From positions 2,656,001-2,720,000 of the forward strand of contig CBDBZU010000004.1 in NCBI GenBank assembly GCA_965213625.1: 64,000 nucleotides of DNA. Direction: 5' to 3'. Both the position numbers and the translations under genes were made by a program. Numbering within the stretch: the first letter of the stretch is position 1; each line of letters starts with the position of its first letter. This document shows, piece by piece, positions 9,771-19,843 of this stretch. The notes below the pieces were generated by a model. That model made no database searches and had not been told where the DNA came from. It saw only the letters and a list, made by a program, of their open reading frames with translations. The stretch is from a bacterium (GTDB lineage: Bacteria > UBA8248).

Positions 9771-11126
9771 CTACTTGGAAGATTTCGACTGCCACCGGTA
9801 GTAGCCCTCGCGTTTCATGACGGCGCGCGCCTTCTCCGCCGCTTTGTCCAGAATCGGCTTGATGGGCTTGTCGGAGGTCAGGACCTGGTGCAGCGCGATG
9901 CCGAGCACCTTGATGTTCAACTCGTTCCACTCGGGGATCAGCGGCCGCCAGTCCGGGTCGGCGCATTTGAGCTGTTCCGCAATCACCGGATATTCCGGGA
10001 ACTTCTTGGAGAACACCGGATCGGTGAGCGTGGAGATGCGGATCGGGTCACCGCCGAGCTCGACGATCCGGCGGTCGGCCTTCTTCGAGGTCAGCCACTG
10101 GATGAACAGGAACGCCGCCTCTTTGTTCTTCGAGTTGGCCGGTATGCCCATGGCGAAACCGCCCGTCTCGGAGCCGCACTGGACGTCGGTCGGATGGAGC
10201 GCGTAGCCGACCTTGCCGACGACCTTCGATTGCTTCGGGTCGCGGGCTCTTGCGGCGATCTTCAGCGAGTCGATGTACATGGCGGCGTCGCCATGCAGGA
10301 ATGCCTTGGACGCCTCACCATAGCTGTAGGACGGAATGCCGCGCGGGCCGTACTTCACCGTCTCGCGCAGGAACTCCGCGGTCTTCACGCCGGCGGGGCT
10401 GTTGAAGACGGGCTGCCACTTGTCGTCGAAGACGCGGGCGCCCATGGGCGCGGCATGGAACAGCCAGGCGGCCGTGACCTGGTGGCCGGTCTTGCCGCGC
10501 ATGGTGAGGCCGCCCATACCCGTCTTCTCCTTGATGGTCTTCGCCGCCTTGCGGACGTCGGCGTAGGTCTTCGGCACGGCGAGGCCCAGCTTCTTGAACA
10601 CGTCCTTGCGATAGGCCAGGATCGAGGTCTCGGCGCCGAACGGCAGGCCGTAGAGCGCGCCCGACTTGCCGGGCAAATAGCCCTTCTTGCCACCGACGAT
10701 GCCGCCGTTCTGGATGTAGGCGTCGGCAATGTCCTCGATGTCGTAGTTCGGGTCGACGAACGCGGGGCTGGTGAAGAACTGCGAGAGGGGCGTCAGCAGG
10801 CCCTTCGCCACGTACTCGCCCTTCCACATCACCACCCAGGCGACGACGTCGAAGTCGCCGTCTTTCTTGCTCATCTCCAGAAGCTGGCGATTCCGCATCT
10901 TGAGGTACTGGGAGTAGTCGATCTCGACCTTGATCCCCGTCTCCTTGGTGAACTCGGCGACCAGTTTCTTGGCCTTCTTGAAGTGTGAGTTCGAGGGCCA
11001 GCTGACCACCAGCGTCTTGCCCTTGTACTTCTCGTAGGGATTGGCCATCAGCGTCGTGGCGCTGAACGTCAGGGCCAGGGCCGCCGCAAATACGACCAGT
11101 CCTATGATCCGAAATTTCGATTTCAT
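9771..11126 (-). CDS. Sugar ABC transporter substrate-binding protein
   Basis: Signal peptide MKSKFRIIGLVVFAAALAL, FTKETGIKV, LYGLP, KEAAFLFIQWL; AGGAGG RBS. Confidence 0.9.
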   Translation of the reverse strand: MKSKFRIIGLVVFAAALALTFSATTLMANPYEKYKGKTLVVSWPSNSHFKKAKKLVAEFTKETGIKVEIDYSQYLKMRNRQLLEMSKKDGDFDVVAWVVMWKGEYVAKGLLTPLSQFFTSPAFVDPNYDIEDIADAYIQNGGIVGGKKGYLPGKSGALYGLPFGAETSILAYRKDVFKKLGLAVPKTYADVRKAAKTIKEKTGMGGLTMRGKTGHQVTAAWLFHAAPMGARVFDDKWQPVFNSPAGVKTAEFLRETVKYGPRGIPSYSYGEASKAFLHGDAAMYIDSLKIAARARDPKQSKVVGKVGYALHPTDVQCGSETGGFAMGIPANSKNKEAAFLFIQWLTSKKADRRIVELGGDPIRISTLTDPVFSKKFPEYPVIAEQLKCADPDWRPLIPEWNELNIKVLGIALHQVLTSDKPIKPILDKAAEKARAVMKREGYYRWQSKSSK

Positions 11127-11292
11127 GATTTCCTCCTTTCCAGGTAAGTTAATAAAGGGAATTATACACACGAATCGACAATTTTTTCCGAGTGGTCAAT
11201 TCATAAAGAATCCAGCAGCCCGATTCATCGTCCTCTCTCCAAAACCACTCCCTCGTTCTTGGGCTTTTTCTCACTCCCCTTGTTGAGGGGGT

Positions 11293-11376
11293 GTAGGTCG
11301 GACATATATGTCCGACATATATGCGACCCGGCCTTTTCTCGCCATCCGTCATGGGCCGCATATATGCGGCCCCTAC
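11293..11376. repeat. Inverted pair of GTAG-type REP-like palindromes (REPIN-like doublet)
   Basis: GTAG-GTCGGACATATATGTCCGAC on +, and GTAG-GGGCCGCATATATGCGGCCC on -, sharing the CATATATG core. Confidence 0.65.
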
Positions 11377-11418
11377 ACTTGCGCCGCAGACGGGGTTGCC
11401 CTGCTACAAAACCATCCC

Positions 11419-12546
11419 TTAAGAAAACGTCCCGGCCCGAGCGGCAGGCTTGAGCGCGAGACCGGTCTCCTTGTCGAACAGGTAGAGTCTTTCCGTTTCG
11501 AAATAGTAAGTGCCCGACTCCATTCGCCCGTGCTCCGGGCCGGCTTCCACGGAGACGGAAATCCTTTGCTCGCCGATGCGCGCGGCGAGGAACTGGTTGG
11601 AGCCGACATACTCGGCGACGTCGACCGTCAACTGCACCGGGGCCGTGGCGCCGCCCGAATACCTCGCCCCCGTCGAGGAGAAATGCTCGGGGCGCAGGCC
11701 CGCGACGACATTCCGGGAACCGGCGTTCTTCAGGCTCTCATGGAAGGCCCGGGGGATCGGCAGTTCGAAGCCGTCTCCGGAAATTACATATTCCGAGCCT
11801 TCCCCCCTGATCTCTCCGTCCAGCATGTTCATGGCCGGCGAGCCGATGAAGCCGGCGACGAACCGGTTGACCGGGTGGTTGTAGACCTCGGGCGGCGTGC
11901 CGATCTGCTGGATGACCCCCTTGTCCATGACCACGATGCGGTCGGCCATGGTCATGGCCTCTATCTGGTCGTGGGTCACGTAGATCATGGTGCGGTCGAG
12001 TTGCTTGTGCAGAAGGGCCAGCTCGGTGCGCATCTGGGCGCGGAGCTTGGCGTCGAGGTTCGAGAGGGGTTCATCGAAGAGGAAGCAATATGCGTCGCGC
12101 ACGATGGCGCGGCCCATGGCGACGCGCTGGCGCTGTCCGCCGGAAAGCTCTCGCGGCTGGCGGTGCAGCAGTTCGCTCAGGCCGAGCATTTCAGCGGCGC
12201 GCGCCACCCGCGCGGCGATCTCCGCTTTTGGAAACTTGGCGAGGCGAAGGGAGAACGACATGTTGCCCGCCACGTCCATGTGCGGATAGAGCGCGTAGGA
12301 CTGGAACACCATGGTGATGTCGCGGGCCTTGGGAGGCGCATGGGTGACGTCGTTTCCGGCGATCATGATCCGGCCCGCCGAAACCTCCTCGAGACCGGCG
12401 ATCATGCGAAGCGTCGTGGACTTCCCGCAGCCCGAGGGGCCGACCAGCACCACGAATTCGCCTTCGTCGATCTGCAGGTTCAGATCGGTGATGACGGTAA
12501 CCCGGCCGAATCTCTTCGTCACGTCGATGATTTCAACGGCCGCCAT
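11419..12546 (-). CDS. Sugar ABC transporter ATP-binding protein (MalK/UgpC-like)
   Basis: GPSGCGKS, LSGGQRQR, DEPLSNLD, VTHDQ, TOBE-like C-terminus. Confidence 0.95.
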   Translation of the reverse strand: MAAVEIIDVTKRFGRVTVITDLNLQIDEGEFVVLVGPSGCGKSTTLRMIAGLEEVSAGRIMIAGNDVTHAPPKARDITMVFQSYALYPHMDVAGNMSFSLRLAKFPKAEIAARVARAAEMLGLSELLHRQPRELSGGQRQRVAMGRAIVRDAYCFLFDEPLSNLDAKLRAQMRTELALLHKQLDRTMIYVTHDQIEAMTMADRIVVMDKGVIQQIGTPPEVYNHPVNRFVAGFIGSPAMNMLDGEIRGEGSEYVISGDGFELPIPRAFHESLKNAGSRNVVAGLRPEHFSSTGARYSGGATAPVQLTVDVAEYVGSNQFLAARIGEQRISVSVEAGPEHGRMESGTYYFETERLYLFDKETGLALKPAARAGTFS

Positions 12547-13068
12547 GATTCCCCTTTTTCGGCACAGGCGACCACCATGTCCGCATGACGGTGAATCCTC
12601 CCGTATCGCTCAACGTCGATCATCGTATAACCGGCGCCTGTGCTGACTACGAGTTTGAGGAACTTCCCTTCACTTTTATCTCTTAACTTTGCGTATACGG
12701 CAAACTGAAGCGATTTGCAATTGTCCGAAAATCGGTGGAGCCCGGCCCCGTGCATGCGGTTGGCGAACCAAATGCGGGCAGCTGCGCCCCAGGCTCTACC
12801 CTGTTTCGTTTGTCGGCGAGAGGGAAAGCCGCCCACGGATTTCTCGAGCCGCCCCTTGGATTCTTCACCCGGTGCGGGCGTGTGCCGATGGCAATCGCCT
12901 TTCCTGGAAACACCGCCCGAGCGTGACGCGCCCGGCGTATTGCGCGTCGCCCGAAACGAGACCCCCGCGGTGACTTCCGCGCCCGGCGAGATATGTCCCC
13001 GCAATGCCGGCGCGCCTGGGGAAAGTCTTGCCTCCCGCCTCGAATCGCCGGTGGCAGGCATTGATAAT

Positions 13069-13815
13069 TTACCCGCTGAATGCGCGCGAGGCGAGGTAGG
13101 CGCCCAGCGCAAGGATGGAGAGGAAGAAAATCTTTCGGAACATCTGCTCGGAGAGTTTGCTGCGAATTCGCTGCCCGATGATCATCCCCGCCATCGCCGG
13201 CGCAAGCGCCATGGTGGAAAGGGCGCCGTGCTCGAGCCGCAGCAGGTCGTTGGCCTGAAGCGAGAACGCAAGCGCCAGCGTCGATACCGTGAAGAGCATT
13301 CCCATCGCCTGGATGAGCGCGTCTCTCGAGAGGCCGAGCGCCTGTAGGTACATCACCCCCGGCACGACGAAAGAGCCCGTCATGCCCGTCAGCACCCCGT
13401 TCACGAGTCCGACCAGCGGCCCCGCCCACTTCTCGCGGCGGGCTTCGACCTCGAACCGCAGTCCGAGCAGGTTCGCGGCTGCGTACGCCGCGAGCAGCAG
13501 ACCCAGAAGCGCAGTCAGCAGCGAGAACTCGACGCGCGTCAGCGCGGACGCGCCGAGCCGCACGGTGATCGCCGCCACCAGCAGGAACAGCCAGATCCGC
13601 CGCAGCAGGTCTCGTCCGTTGCCGCCGACCATCGCCTGCCAGACGTTCGTCACGAACGAGGGCACGAGGAGCAGGGCCATCGCGTTCGTCAGGTCGAGCG
13701 CCACCGCCAGGACGGCGAGGCTGACCGTCGGGAGGCCCAGGCCGATGACTCCTTTCACCGCGCCTGCGAGCAGGAAGGTTCCGGCGATTGTGGTGATGGT
13801 GGCGGCGTCGAACAT
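13069..13815 (-). CDS. Sulfite exporter TauE/SafE family protein
   Basis: LAGAVKGVIGLG, GVLTGMTG, about 8 TM; ATG at 13815 chosen as start. Confidence 0.85.
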   Translation of the reverse strand: MFDAATITTIAGTFLLAGAVKGVIGLGLPTVSLAVLAVALDLTNAMALLLVPSFVTNVWQAMVGGNGRDLLRRIWLFLLVAAITVRLGASALTRVEFSLLTALLGLLLAAYAAANLLGLRFEVEARREKWAGPLVGLVNGVLTGMTGSFVVPGVMYLQALGLSRDALIQAMGMLFTVSTLALAFSLQANDLLRLEHGALSTMALAPAMAGMIIGQRIRSKLSEQMFRKIFFLSILALGAYLASRAFSG

Positions 13816-14129
13816 TCCGTTTTTCCCAGGGCAGCGTTCGCAGATGTACCTGCGAGGGTACATTCCCCTGCTCGGGGGATTGTGTCACCACTTCAGTATT
13901 GCACAACAGACACAGCGATTCGATGGGCCGCCATAGTCGAAACCAGCCAATCGGACCGGAGCAAGCTTATACAAAATAATCGAGTGGCTACTTTAGCTGA
14001 GAATACTGCTTTAATTCGATATTGGTCTGGACAATGCGCGTTTTGTGATTATGAGGCCGGTAGCCTACTGAATCTGAGCAAACTGCTTGTTGTCCGGGTC
14101 AGGTATCAGCCGGCAGTTTTCGAATCAAA

Positions 14130-15173
14130 TCAGTCTCTATTGATCACTGCTTCAGCGCTTTGAATCTGCTCGATGATCCACCCGAAATCAGGAATGTCTC
14201 CCAGGATCATGTCCTGCATGGCCCTGTAATCTCTTTCGATCGCCGAGCGCAGTTCCGGTTGCGGCGCCAATCGCACCGAACCGGGGGCGGCCTTATCGAA
14301 CCGTTTCCAGGCCTGCTGAAAAGCGATAAGGTTGTGTTCCCGAACCGCATCCAGAAGAACGATGTTCGTGAGAGCAGACCTTCCGGTTTCGGTCACCGTA
14401 ATCATCGCGGCATCGTAGTAATGACGCGAGATCAAGTCCTTGTCGGTCGGCAAGCGTTTTCCATTTTCGTACCCGTAGCTCAGACCATGCAGGATCAACA
14501 GCTTCTCCCAATAAGTGCGTACCGGCGCGAAGGTTCTGACGCCGCTCACATCGAACGACCATTCAGGCAGAACACTGAAAATGTACGGGCTGACGGAGCA
14601 GGTCAAGTTCGGGTTCAGAGCGGATCTTGCTCCCGCCTCGATCTTCACGCGTGGGGACACGTAGGAAACGTCGCCGCTTGGATACAGGGTGGAATACTCG
14701 ATAAAGAGCGTTTGCCGCCTTTCATCATCCTCGTCCGGCAAGACGCTGCACCCTTCCACCATCTCGTCAATAATACCCATCAGCGACGCTTTCAGATCTC
14801 CCAGAATGTAGTCGCTGCAGGCCCCCGCGAGTTGTTTGAAGAGTGAATTTCGTTTCTTTCTGGATAGGTCTCCTCTGATCGTCGGGTCTCTATCGCCTTC
14901 GAAGCCCAAGCCGTCGCGATGCACCACCAGATCGATGTCCTCGGAGAACCGCTCGATTAGACCGAAGGCTTTGGACAAGGATGTTCCGCCCTTGAAGAGC
15001 AGTTTCGGATGTCCGTCGGGCAATCCGTTGTAGAGCGCATCGAGAACGAAACAGACCCAGAAATCCTTTTCCACGTAGCCGGGCAACGTGCCGAGTCGCT
15101 TCGCCGACGCTTCGAACACATCGCGTTTGTCTTGCTCGGCCAAGGTGAAAAAGGATGCGAATGCTCCCTTCAT
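14130..15173 (-). CDS. AbiEii/AbiGii nucleotidyltransferase toxin (type IV TA)
   Basis: VEKDFWV, FKGGTSLSK, RFSEDIDL, EK, SRHYYD. Confidence 0.92.
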   Translation of the reverse strand: MKGAFASFFTLAEQDKRDVFEASAKRLGTLPGYVEKDFWVCFVLDALYNGLPDGHPKLLFKGGTSLSKAFGLIERFSEDIDLVVHRDGLGFEGDRDPTIRGDLSRKKRNSLFKQLAGACSDYILGDLKASLMGIIDEMVEGCSVLPDEDDERRQTLFIEYSTLYPSGDVSYVSPRVKIEAGARSALNPNLTCSVSPYIFSVLPEWSFDVSGVRTFAPVRTYWEKLLILHGLSYGYENGKRLPTDKDLISRHYYDAAMITVTETGRSALTNIVLLDAVREHNLIAFQQAWKRFDKAAPGSVRLAPQPELRSAIERDYRAMQDMILGDIPDFGWIIEQIQSAEAVINRD

Positions 15174-15790
15174 GAAGCGATGGGCTCATCGGTCGTAATG
15201 CTGCGTGCGAGCGGTTGCGCCCAGCCGGGCAAGTCACGACTGTTTTGTGCCAAGTTGTGTTTTACCGCGTCGGGGAGACGACGCTTCAGAATCGAGGCGA
15301 CCCGGGTGTCGGCGGCTCCAGGGCCGAGCCACCGGAGCGCCTGAAAAACCGGGGCCGCCGCCTTTCCCGCCCAGCGCATGACGCTTGGACTCGCATGCCG
15401 GAACTGGAGCGTTCGTCCGTCAATCTTGATTAAACGCGAGGCGCCATCCGTCACATAGCAAGGTCTGGCAGGAACCGCGTTGGTTAGGCCGAGCTGGTTT
15501 GCGGCCGCCATGCCATCAGGCATGACCCGGATGCCGTCTCTTCGTGCAATTGCTGCGATTGCGGAATCCAGATCGACCGGCGCGGGCTGATTCAGCACAC
15601 CGCTCATCCTCGGCTTGTCGTACAAGCCACGACCGACCCGGCGCAGTCGGCCTGCCTTGGCGAGTCGTGACAATGCTTGGTCGATGGCCTCACGGCTTCC
15701 GATATCCAGAAAATCCCTCGGCGTGCACACCCACCTTACGCCAGCGTTTTCAGATATCCTCTCTATGATCTTATCAGCCATGGAACCCAT
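15170..15790 (-). CDS. AbiEi-like antitoxin (DUF6088)
   Basis: DFLDIGSREAIDQALSRL...RRVGRGLY wHTH, AANQLGLT; ATGA overlap with the toxin; start uncertain (15790 or 15781). Confidence 0.85.
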   Translation of the reverse strand: MGSMADKIIERISENAGVRWVCTPRDFLDIGSREAIDQALSRLAKAGRLRRVGRGLYDKPRMSGVLNQPAPVDLDSAIAAIARRDGIRVMPDGMAAANQLGLTNAVPARPCYVTDGASRLIKIDGRTLQFRHASPSVMRWAGKAAAPVFQALRWLGPGAADTRVASILKRRLPDAVKHNLAQNSRDLPGWAQPLARSITTDEPIAS

Positions 15791-15812
15791 TTGAGTATTC
15801 CTCATCTTCAAA

Positions 15813-15842
15813 TGTCAGAGAATATGCTATGTATATCTGACA
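15813..15842. promoter_or_regulatory. Inverted repeat TGTCAGA-N16-TCTGACA, candidate AbiEi autoregulatory operator
   Basis: Palindrome directly upstream of the antitoxin start. Confidence 0.6.
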
Positions 15843-16144
15843 AATCAACCCTGTTGTTACAATATCGACAAGTTCGCGGCAAACCTTCCCCTATATCGCC
15901 AGCCCCTTCCTCCACAATTGCCAATCATTCTCCCCTCAGTCGACAGTCCGTCCTGAAAAATTCGGAGCAGATCATCCGAAAAAAGAGGTTGACAGAATGG
16001 GCTGTGAGCGTTTATTCAAAAGGTATGAAGGTTAGGGTTTCTTGAGGTTATCTTGCTGGCGCAACACGAGGCCATGGACGAGTTACAAATTAAGAACGTA
16101 CGTCGAACACATCATCCCCTATCGCCCAATGGGAGGATGACATC

Positions 16145-16501
16145 ATGCAGTCAACTCATGTAAAGAGCCGCTCCGCAGTTTCCGGCGCCGCCGATATCCT
16201 CCGTGACGTTTTCGGCGATATGGACTACGGGCTCCGCTTCCGCATGTGGGACGGGACTACGGTATCCGTGGGCCGCGAAGTGCTGCCCCTGGAAATCACG
16301 TTCCCCTCGCTCGATTCTTTCAAACACATACTACTGAATCCCACCGCGGATGCCTTCGCGGAGGCGTATTGCGACTCGGTCATCGATTTCGAGGGCGATC
16401 TGTTCGAGGCCATGAAGGTGGCCGACAGTTTCGAGAATATCGAATTGACCACGATGCAGAAATTCAAGTTGGCCCTTCGCATATGGAAACTCTCGGAATG
16501 A
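16145..16501 (+). CDS. Stand-alone N-terminal (lipid-binding) domain of cyclopropane fatty acid synthase
   Basis: FRMWDG...ILLNP..DAFAEAYCDSVIDFEGDL resembles the Cfa N-domain; GGAGG RBS. Confidence 0.65.
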   Translation: MQSTHVKSRSAVSGAADILRDVFGDMDYGLRFRMWDGTTVSVGREVLPLEITFPSLDSFKHILLNPTADAFAEAYCDSVIDFEGDLFEAMKVADSFENIELTTMQKFKLALRIWKLSE

Positions 16502-17610
16502 GCGTACCGGAAGTCATCGTCGTCGGAGGAGGCCCGGGCGGCAGCACGGCCGCTTGGGAGCTGGCGAAGCGCGGCCGCCGCGTTCTCGTGCTCGATGCGG
16601 CCACGTTCCCGCGCGTGAAACTCTGCGCGGGCTGGGTGACGAAGCAGGTGATGGGCGACCTCGGACTCAGGCCCGATGAATACCCCCACACCATCCAGCC
16701 GTTCCAGAGCGTGTTCGTGGGCTATGACGACAAGCTCCTGGAGACGAGGTGGAGCGAACCCGCGAGCTACGGGATCATCAGAAGCCAGTTCGACACCTGG
16801 CTCTTAAGGCGCGCGCAGGAAGAGGGCGCCGAGGTGCGCGAGGGCGTCAGGGTGCGCGGCGTGGAGAAAACTACAGGCGGAATGCGCGTGGACATAGGGA
16901 GCGAGCAAATCGAGGCTCCCGTCATCATCGGCGCGGGGGGGCATACCTGTCCCGTGGCCAGGACGTTCGGCGACGTGTCGTCAAAAGAATCCGTCGTCCT
17001 GACCCAGGAGAGCGAGACGAACGTGGGCGCCGAGAAACTCCGCGACCTTGCGCCCAACTACGGCTTGCCCGAGTTGTTCGCCGAACCCGACTTCAAGGGG
17101 TATGCCTGGTATTTCACAAAAGGGGATTTTTTGAACATCGGCGTTGGCTGCATCGGCAAGAAGCCGAGCGTCCATGAGCGTCTCGATATTCTGCTCGAAA
17201 AATTCCGCGAGACGGGCAGGCTGCCCGCCAGGATGGAACTCACGAAATTCCGGGGCCACGCCTATTCGGTCCACCGCAGGCACGTCCGGCAGCCTGCGGG
17301 CGATGGCTTCGCCCTGATCGGCGACGCCGCGGGCCTGGCGAAAGATTTCAGCGGAGAGGGCATCGGCCCCGCGGTCCATAGTGCTAAAATGGCGGCGGAG
17401 GCCGCGCACAAGTATCTGGATACGGGTGAGGGCATCGCCGAATACGGCGAGGCGCTCTATGAGAAATACGGAAGTGGCGGGGAAGGGTTGTTCGATAAAT
17501 TGATCGATCGTCTTCCGGATAAGGTTCTTTTCGGCGTGGCGAAGTTCATTTGCGGCAACGCTTGGCTCAGACGCCGGCTGGTTCTGGAAGGCGCATTCGG
17601 AATCGGTTGA
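16498..17610 (+). CDS. Geranylgeranyl reductase family FAD-dependent oxidoreductase
   Basis: VGGGPGG, FPRVKLCAG, RSQFD, GYAWYF, IGDAAG, SGEGI; ATGA overlap with the upstream gene. Confidence 0.88.
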   Translation: MSVPEVIVVGGGPGGSTAAWELAKRGRRVLVLDAATFPRVKLCAGWVTKQVMGDLGLRPDEYPHTIQPFQSVFVGYDDKLLETRWSEPASYGIIRSQFDTWLLRRAQEEGAEVREGVRVRGVEKTTGGMRVDIGSEQIEAPVIIGAGGHTCPVARTFGDVSSKESVVLTQESETNVGAEKLRDLAPNYGLPELFAEPDFKGYAWYFTKGDFLNIGVGCIGKKPSVHERLDILLEKFRETGRLPARMELTKFRGHAYSVHRRHVRQPAGDGFALIGDAAGLAKDFSGEGIGPAVHSAKMAAEAAHKYLDTGEGIAEYGEALYEKYGSGGEGLFDKLIDRLPDKVLFGVAKFICGNAWLRRRLVLEGAFGIG

Positions 17611-17629
17611 ACAAAACAGTGAGGCTGCC

Positions 17630-18547
17630 ATGGTAAAAGAGCGAACAAAAGAATTCGACGCCGAGGCGATTTCGCACCACTACGATCTCTCCAACGAGTT
17701 CTACGAGCAGTTCCTGTGCGAGAACATGCTCTATACATGCGCCTATTACCGCGAACCGGACGGCGACCTCGCCCAGGCGCAGCGCGACAAGATGGACCTC
17801 GTCTGCAGGAAGCTCAGGCTCTCGCCCGGCGAGGACTATCTCGACATCGGTTGCGGGTGGGGTTCGCTGGCGATTTGCGCGGCGAAGCACTACGGCGTGA
17901 ACGCCACCGCCGTCACCCTCTCGCGTGAGCAGGCGAAGTGGGGCCAGGAGTGGGCGCGCCGCGAGGGCATCGACGACAAGTGCGAAATCCACCACATGGA
18001 TTACCGCGATTTCCCCGAAGAGAGGACATTCGACAAGATTTCCGCCATCGGCATCATCGAGCACGTCGGCATTGCGAACTACATGAGCTACTTCACTTCG
18101 GTGAGAAAGCGCCTGCGCGACGGCGGCTTGTTCCTCAACCACGGGATCACGACGAACAAATTCTGGAAACCATCGAGCCAGAACGAATTTCTTCTGCGTA
18201 ACGTCTTCCCCAACGGCGAGATGGACAACATTTCCCACATTCAGGACATCATGGAGCTTGCGCGCTGGGAGATTCTGGACGTGGAGAGTCTGAGACTCCA
18301 CTACGCGCGCACGTGCAAGCACTGGTACGAGAAATTCGAGGAAAACGCCGAACGTATCAAGGAACTCGTCGGCGAGCGTACGTACCGGATTTACCGCATC
18401 TGGCTGGTTTGCTCATCGAACGCGTTTTTCAGCAATTCTCTGGGTCTCTATCAGGTGCTGGCGCAGAAATACGAGTTGGAATACCGCTTCGACCCGCCGA
18501 CACACCGCGAGGGTATTTATAAAGCGTTTCTAGATCAGGATGCCTGA
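17630..18547 (+). CDS. cfa: Cyclopropane-fatty-acyl-phospholipid synthase family SAM methyltransferase (catalytic domain only)
   Basis: ISHHYDLSNEFY, YTCAY, LDIGCGWG, EHVG, LNHGI, HYART. Confidence 0.9.
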   Translation: MVKERTKEFDAEAISHHYDLSNEFYEQFLCENMLYTCAYYREPDGDLAQAQRDKMDLVCRKLRLSPGEDYLDIGCGWGSLAICAAKHYGVNATAVTLSREQAKWGQEWARREGIDDKCEIHHMDYRDFPEERTFDKISAIGIIEHVGIANYMSYFTSVRKRLRDGGLFLNHGITTNKFWKPSSQNEFLLRNVFPNGEMDNISHIQDIMELARWEILDVESLRLHYARTCKHWYEKFEENAERIKELVGERTYRIYRIWLVCSSNAFFSNSLGLYQVLAQKYELEYRFDPPTHREGIYKAFLDQDA

Positions 18548-18571
18548 GCAGCGCCTTCGCATTCGCCCTGT

Positions 18572-19564
18572 ATGAATGCGCGCGCCGCTTCGCTCACCCC
18601 CCAATTCCGGCCGGCCTGGTATTGTCGGGGGCGTCACCTACAAAGCTCATGGGGATATTTTTTTAGGAAGCGCCCGCGCATCCCCTGGCGTCGCGAGCGT
18701 TGGGATACGCCCGACGGCGATTTCCTGGACATCGATTTCCTCGACGCAGACGATTCGGATGCTCCGACGCTGCTCGTCCTGCACGGCCTGGAAGGTTCTG
18801 CCGATTCCCATTACGTACGAGGTGCTGCGGCCAGGGCGCGCACGCTCGGCTGGCGGACGCTGGCGCTCAACTACCGCTCCTGCAGCGGCGAGCCGAACTT
18901 GAAGCCTAAATTCTACCATTGCGGAGAAACGGGGGATCCGGGCTTCGTGACGGGGCGGATTCTGGAGCGGTTCAGCGGGCCGCTTGTGCTGGCGGGTTTT
19001 TCTCTCGGGGGGAACGTGCTCCTCAAGTGGTTGGGAAAATGTGGCAATGGGGTATCAGCGCGCATTCGCGGGGCCGCCTGCATTTCCCCGAGCGTAAACC
19101 CCGCCGCGTGCGCGAAGGTTCTCGACTCCGTCCCGGGTTATTTCTACAGATGGCACCTGCTGAGCAGCGTGAAGGAAAAAGCGGAGCGTTTCGTGAAACT
19201 GCACCCCGGCCTCATCGACATCGAGGGGGTGCGCCGCGCGCGGACCTTTCACCATTATGACCGCCTCGTCATCGCGCCGCTTTATGGCTTCAGGGATGAG
19301 CTGGATTATTACGAACAAGCCGACGCTTCGCCTTATTTGCCTCGAATTCGAGTGAAGACGCTCATCCTCTCGGCGGAAGACGACCCCATCGTGCCGCCCC
19401 ACGTTTTCCCGCACGACCAGGTGGCGGAATCGGAGTGGCTGAGCGGCGTTTTGGTGAAAAATGGCGGACACGTGGGTTTCGTGGCTGGAGGGAACCCCCG
19501 CGCGCCGCTCTTCTGGGCCGAAGAACAAGCGTTCGAGTTTCTGGACGGTTGTCTGCGAGCGTGA
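18572..19564 (+). CDS. YheT-family alpha/beta hydrolase (esterase)
   Basis: TPDGDFLDID, HGLEG, GFSLGG nucleophile, DDP, GGHVGF. Confidence 0.88.
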   Translation: MNARAASLTPQFRPAWYCRGRHLQSSWGYFFRKRPRIPWRRERWDTPDGDFLDIDFLDADDSDAPTLLVLHGLEGSADSHYVRGAAARARTLGWRTLALNYRSCSGEPNLKPKFYHCGETGDPGFVTGRILERFSGPLVLAGFSLGGNVLLKWLGKCGNGVSARIRGAACISPSVNPAACAKVLDSVPGYFYRWHLLSSVKEKAERFVKLHPGLIDIEGVRRARTFHHYDRLVIAPLYGFRDELDYYEQADASPYLPRIRVKTLILSAEDDPIVPPHVFPHDQVAESEWLSGVLVKNGGHVGFVAGGNPRAPLFWAEEQAFEFLDGCLRA

Positions 19565-19843
19565 CGTAGAGACCCGATGCGGGGAATTGCGGTGGGGGTC
19601 AATTTCAGGAGAGGAGAACCTGTTCCCCATTGGCGCGGTTGCGGGCTTCGCACTTGGGCAGCATCGCCAACCGACGAGAGAGAAGAGAACCACTCCCCCC
19701 TTGAGGGGGAGTCGAAGAGGTGAGGGCGTAAGCCCGAAAGCGATTCGGTGGGGGGTATAACTCGGAGTGGCGATAAAACGCGATTCACCCCCCACCGATT
19801 CAGACTTCGCACAAACCGCTCGTCTTCATCGACTCCCCCTCAA

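Noticed and set aside
9588-12588. Long plus-strand ORFs (466 aa and 426 aa) opposite the sugar ABC genes
   Set aside because: Antisense ORFs expected from codon bias; the minus-strand proteins carry all family motifs
12547-13068. Overlapping ORFs and short CGCGCCCGGCG repeats between the ABC ATPase and TauE; weak LacI-like site near 12706
   Set aside because: No protein-like signal, repeats expected at this GC content, and the operator match is too poor
16246-16497. 84-aa N-terminal extension of the GGR-family ORF in the track
   Set aside because: It overlaps the Cfa N-domain gene; the Rossmann motif starts right after ATG 16498
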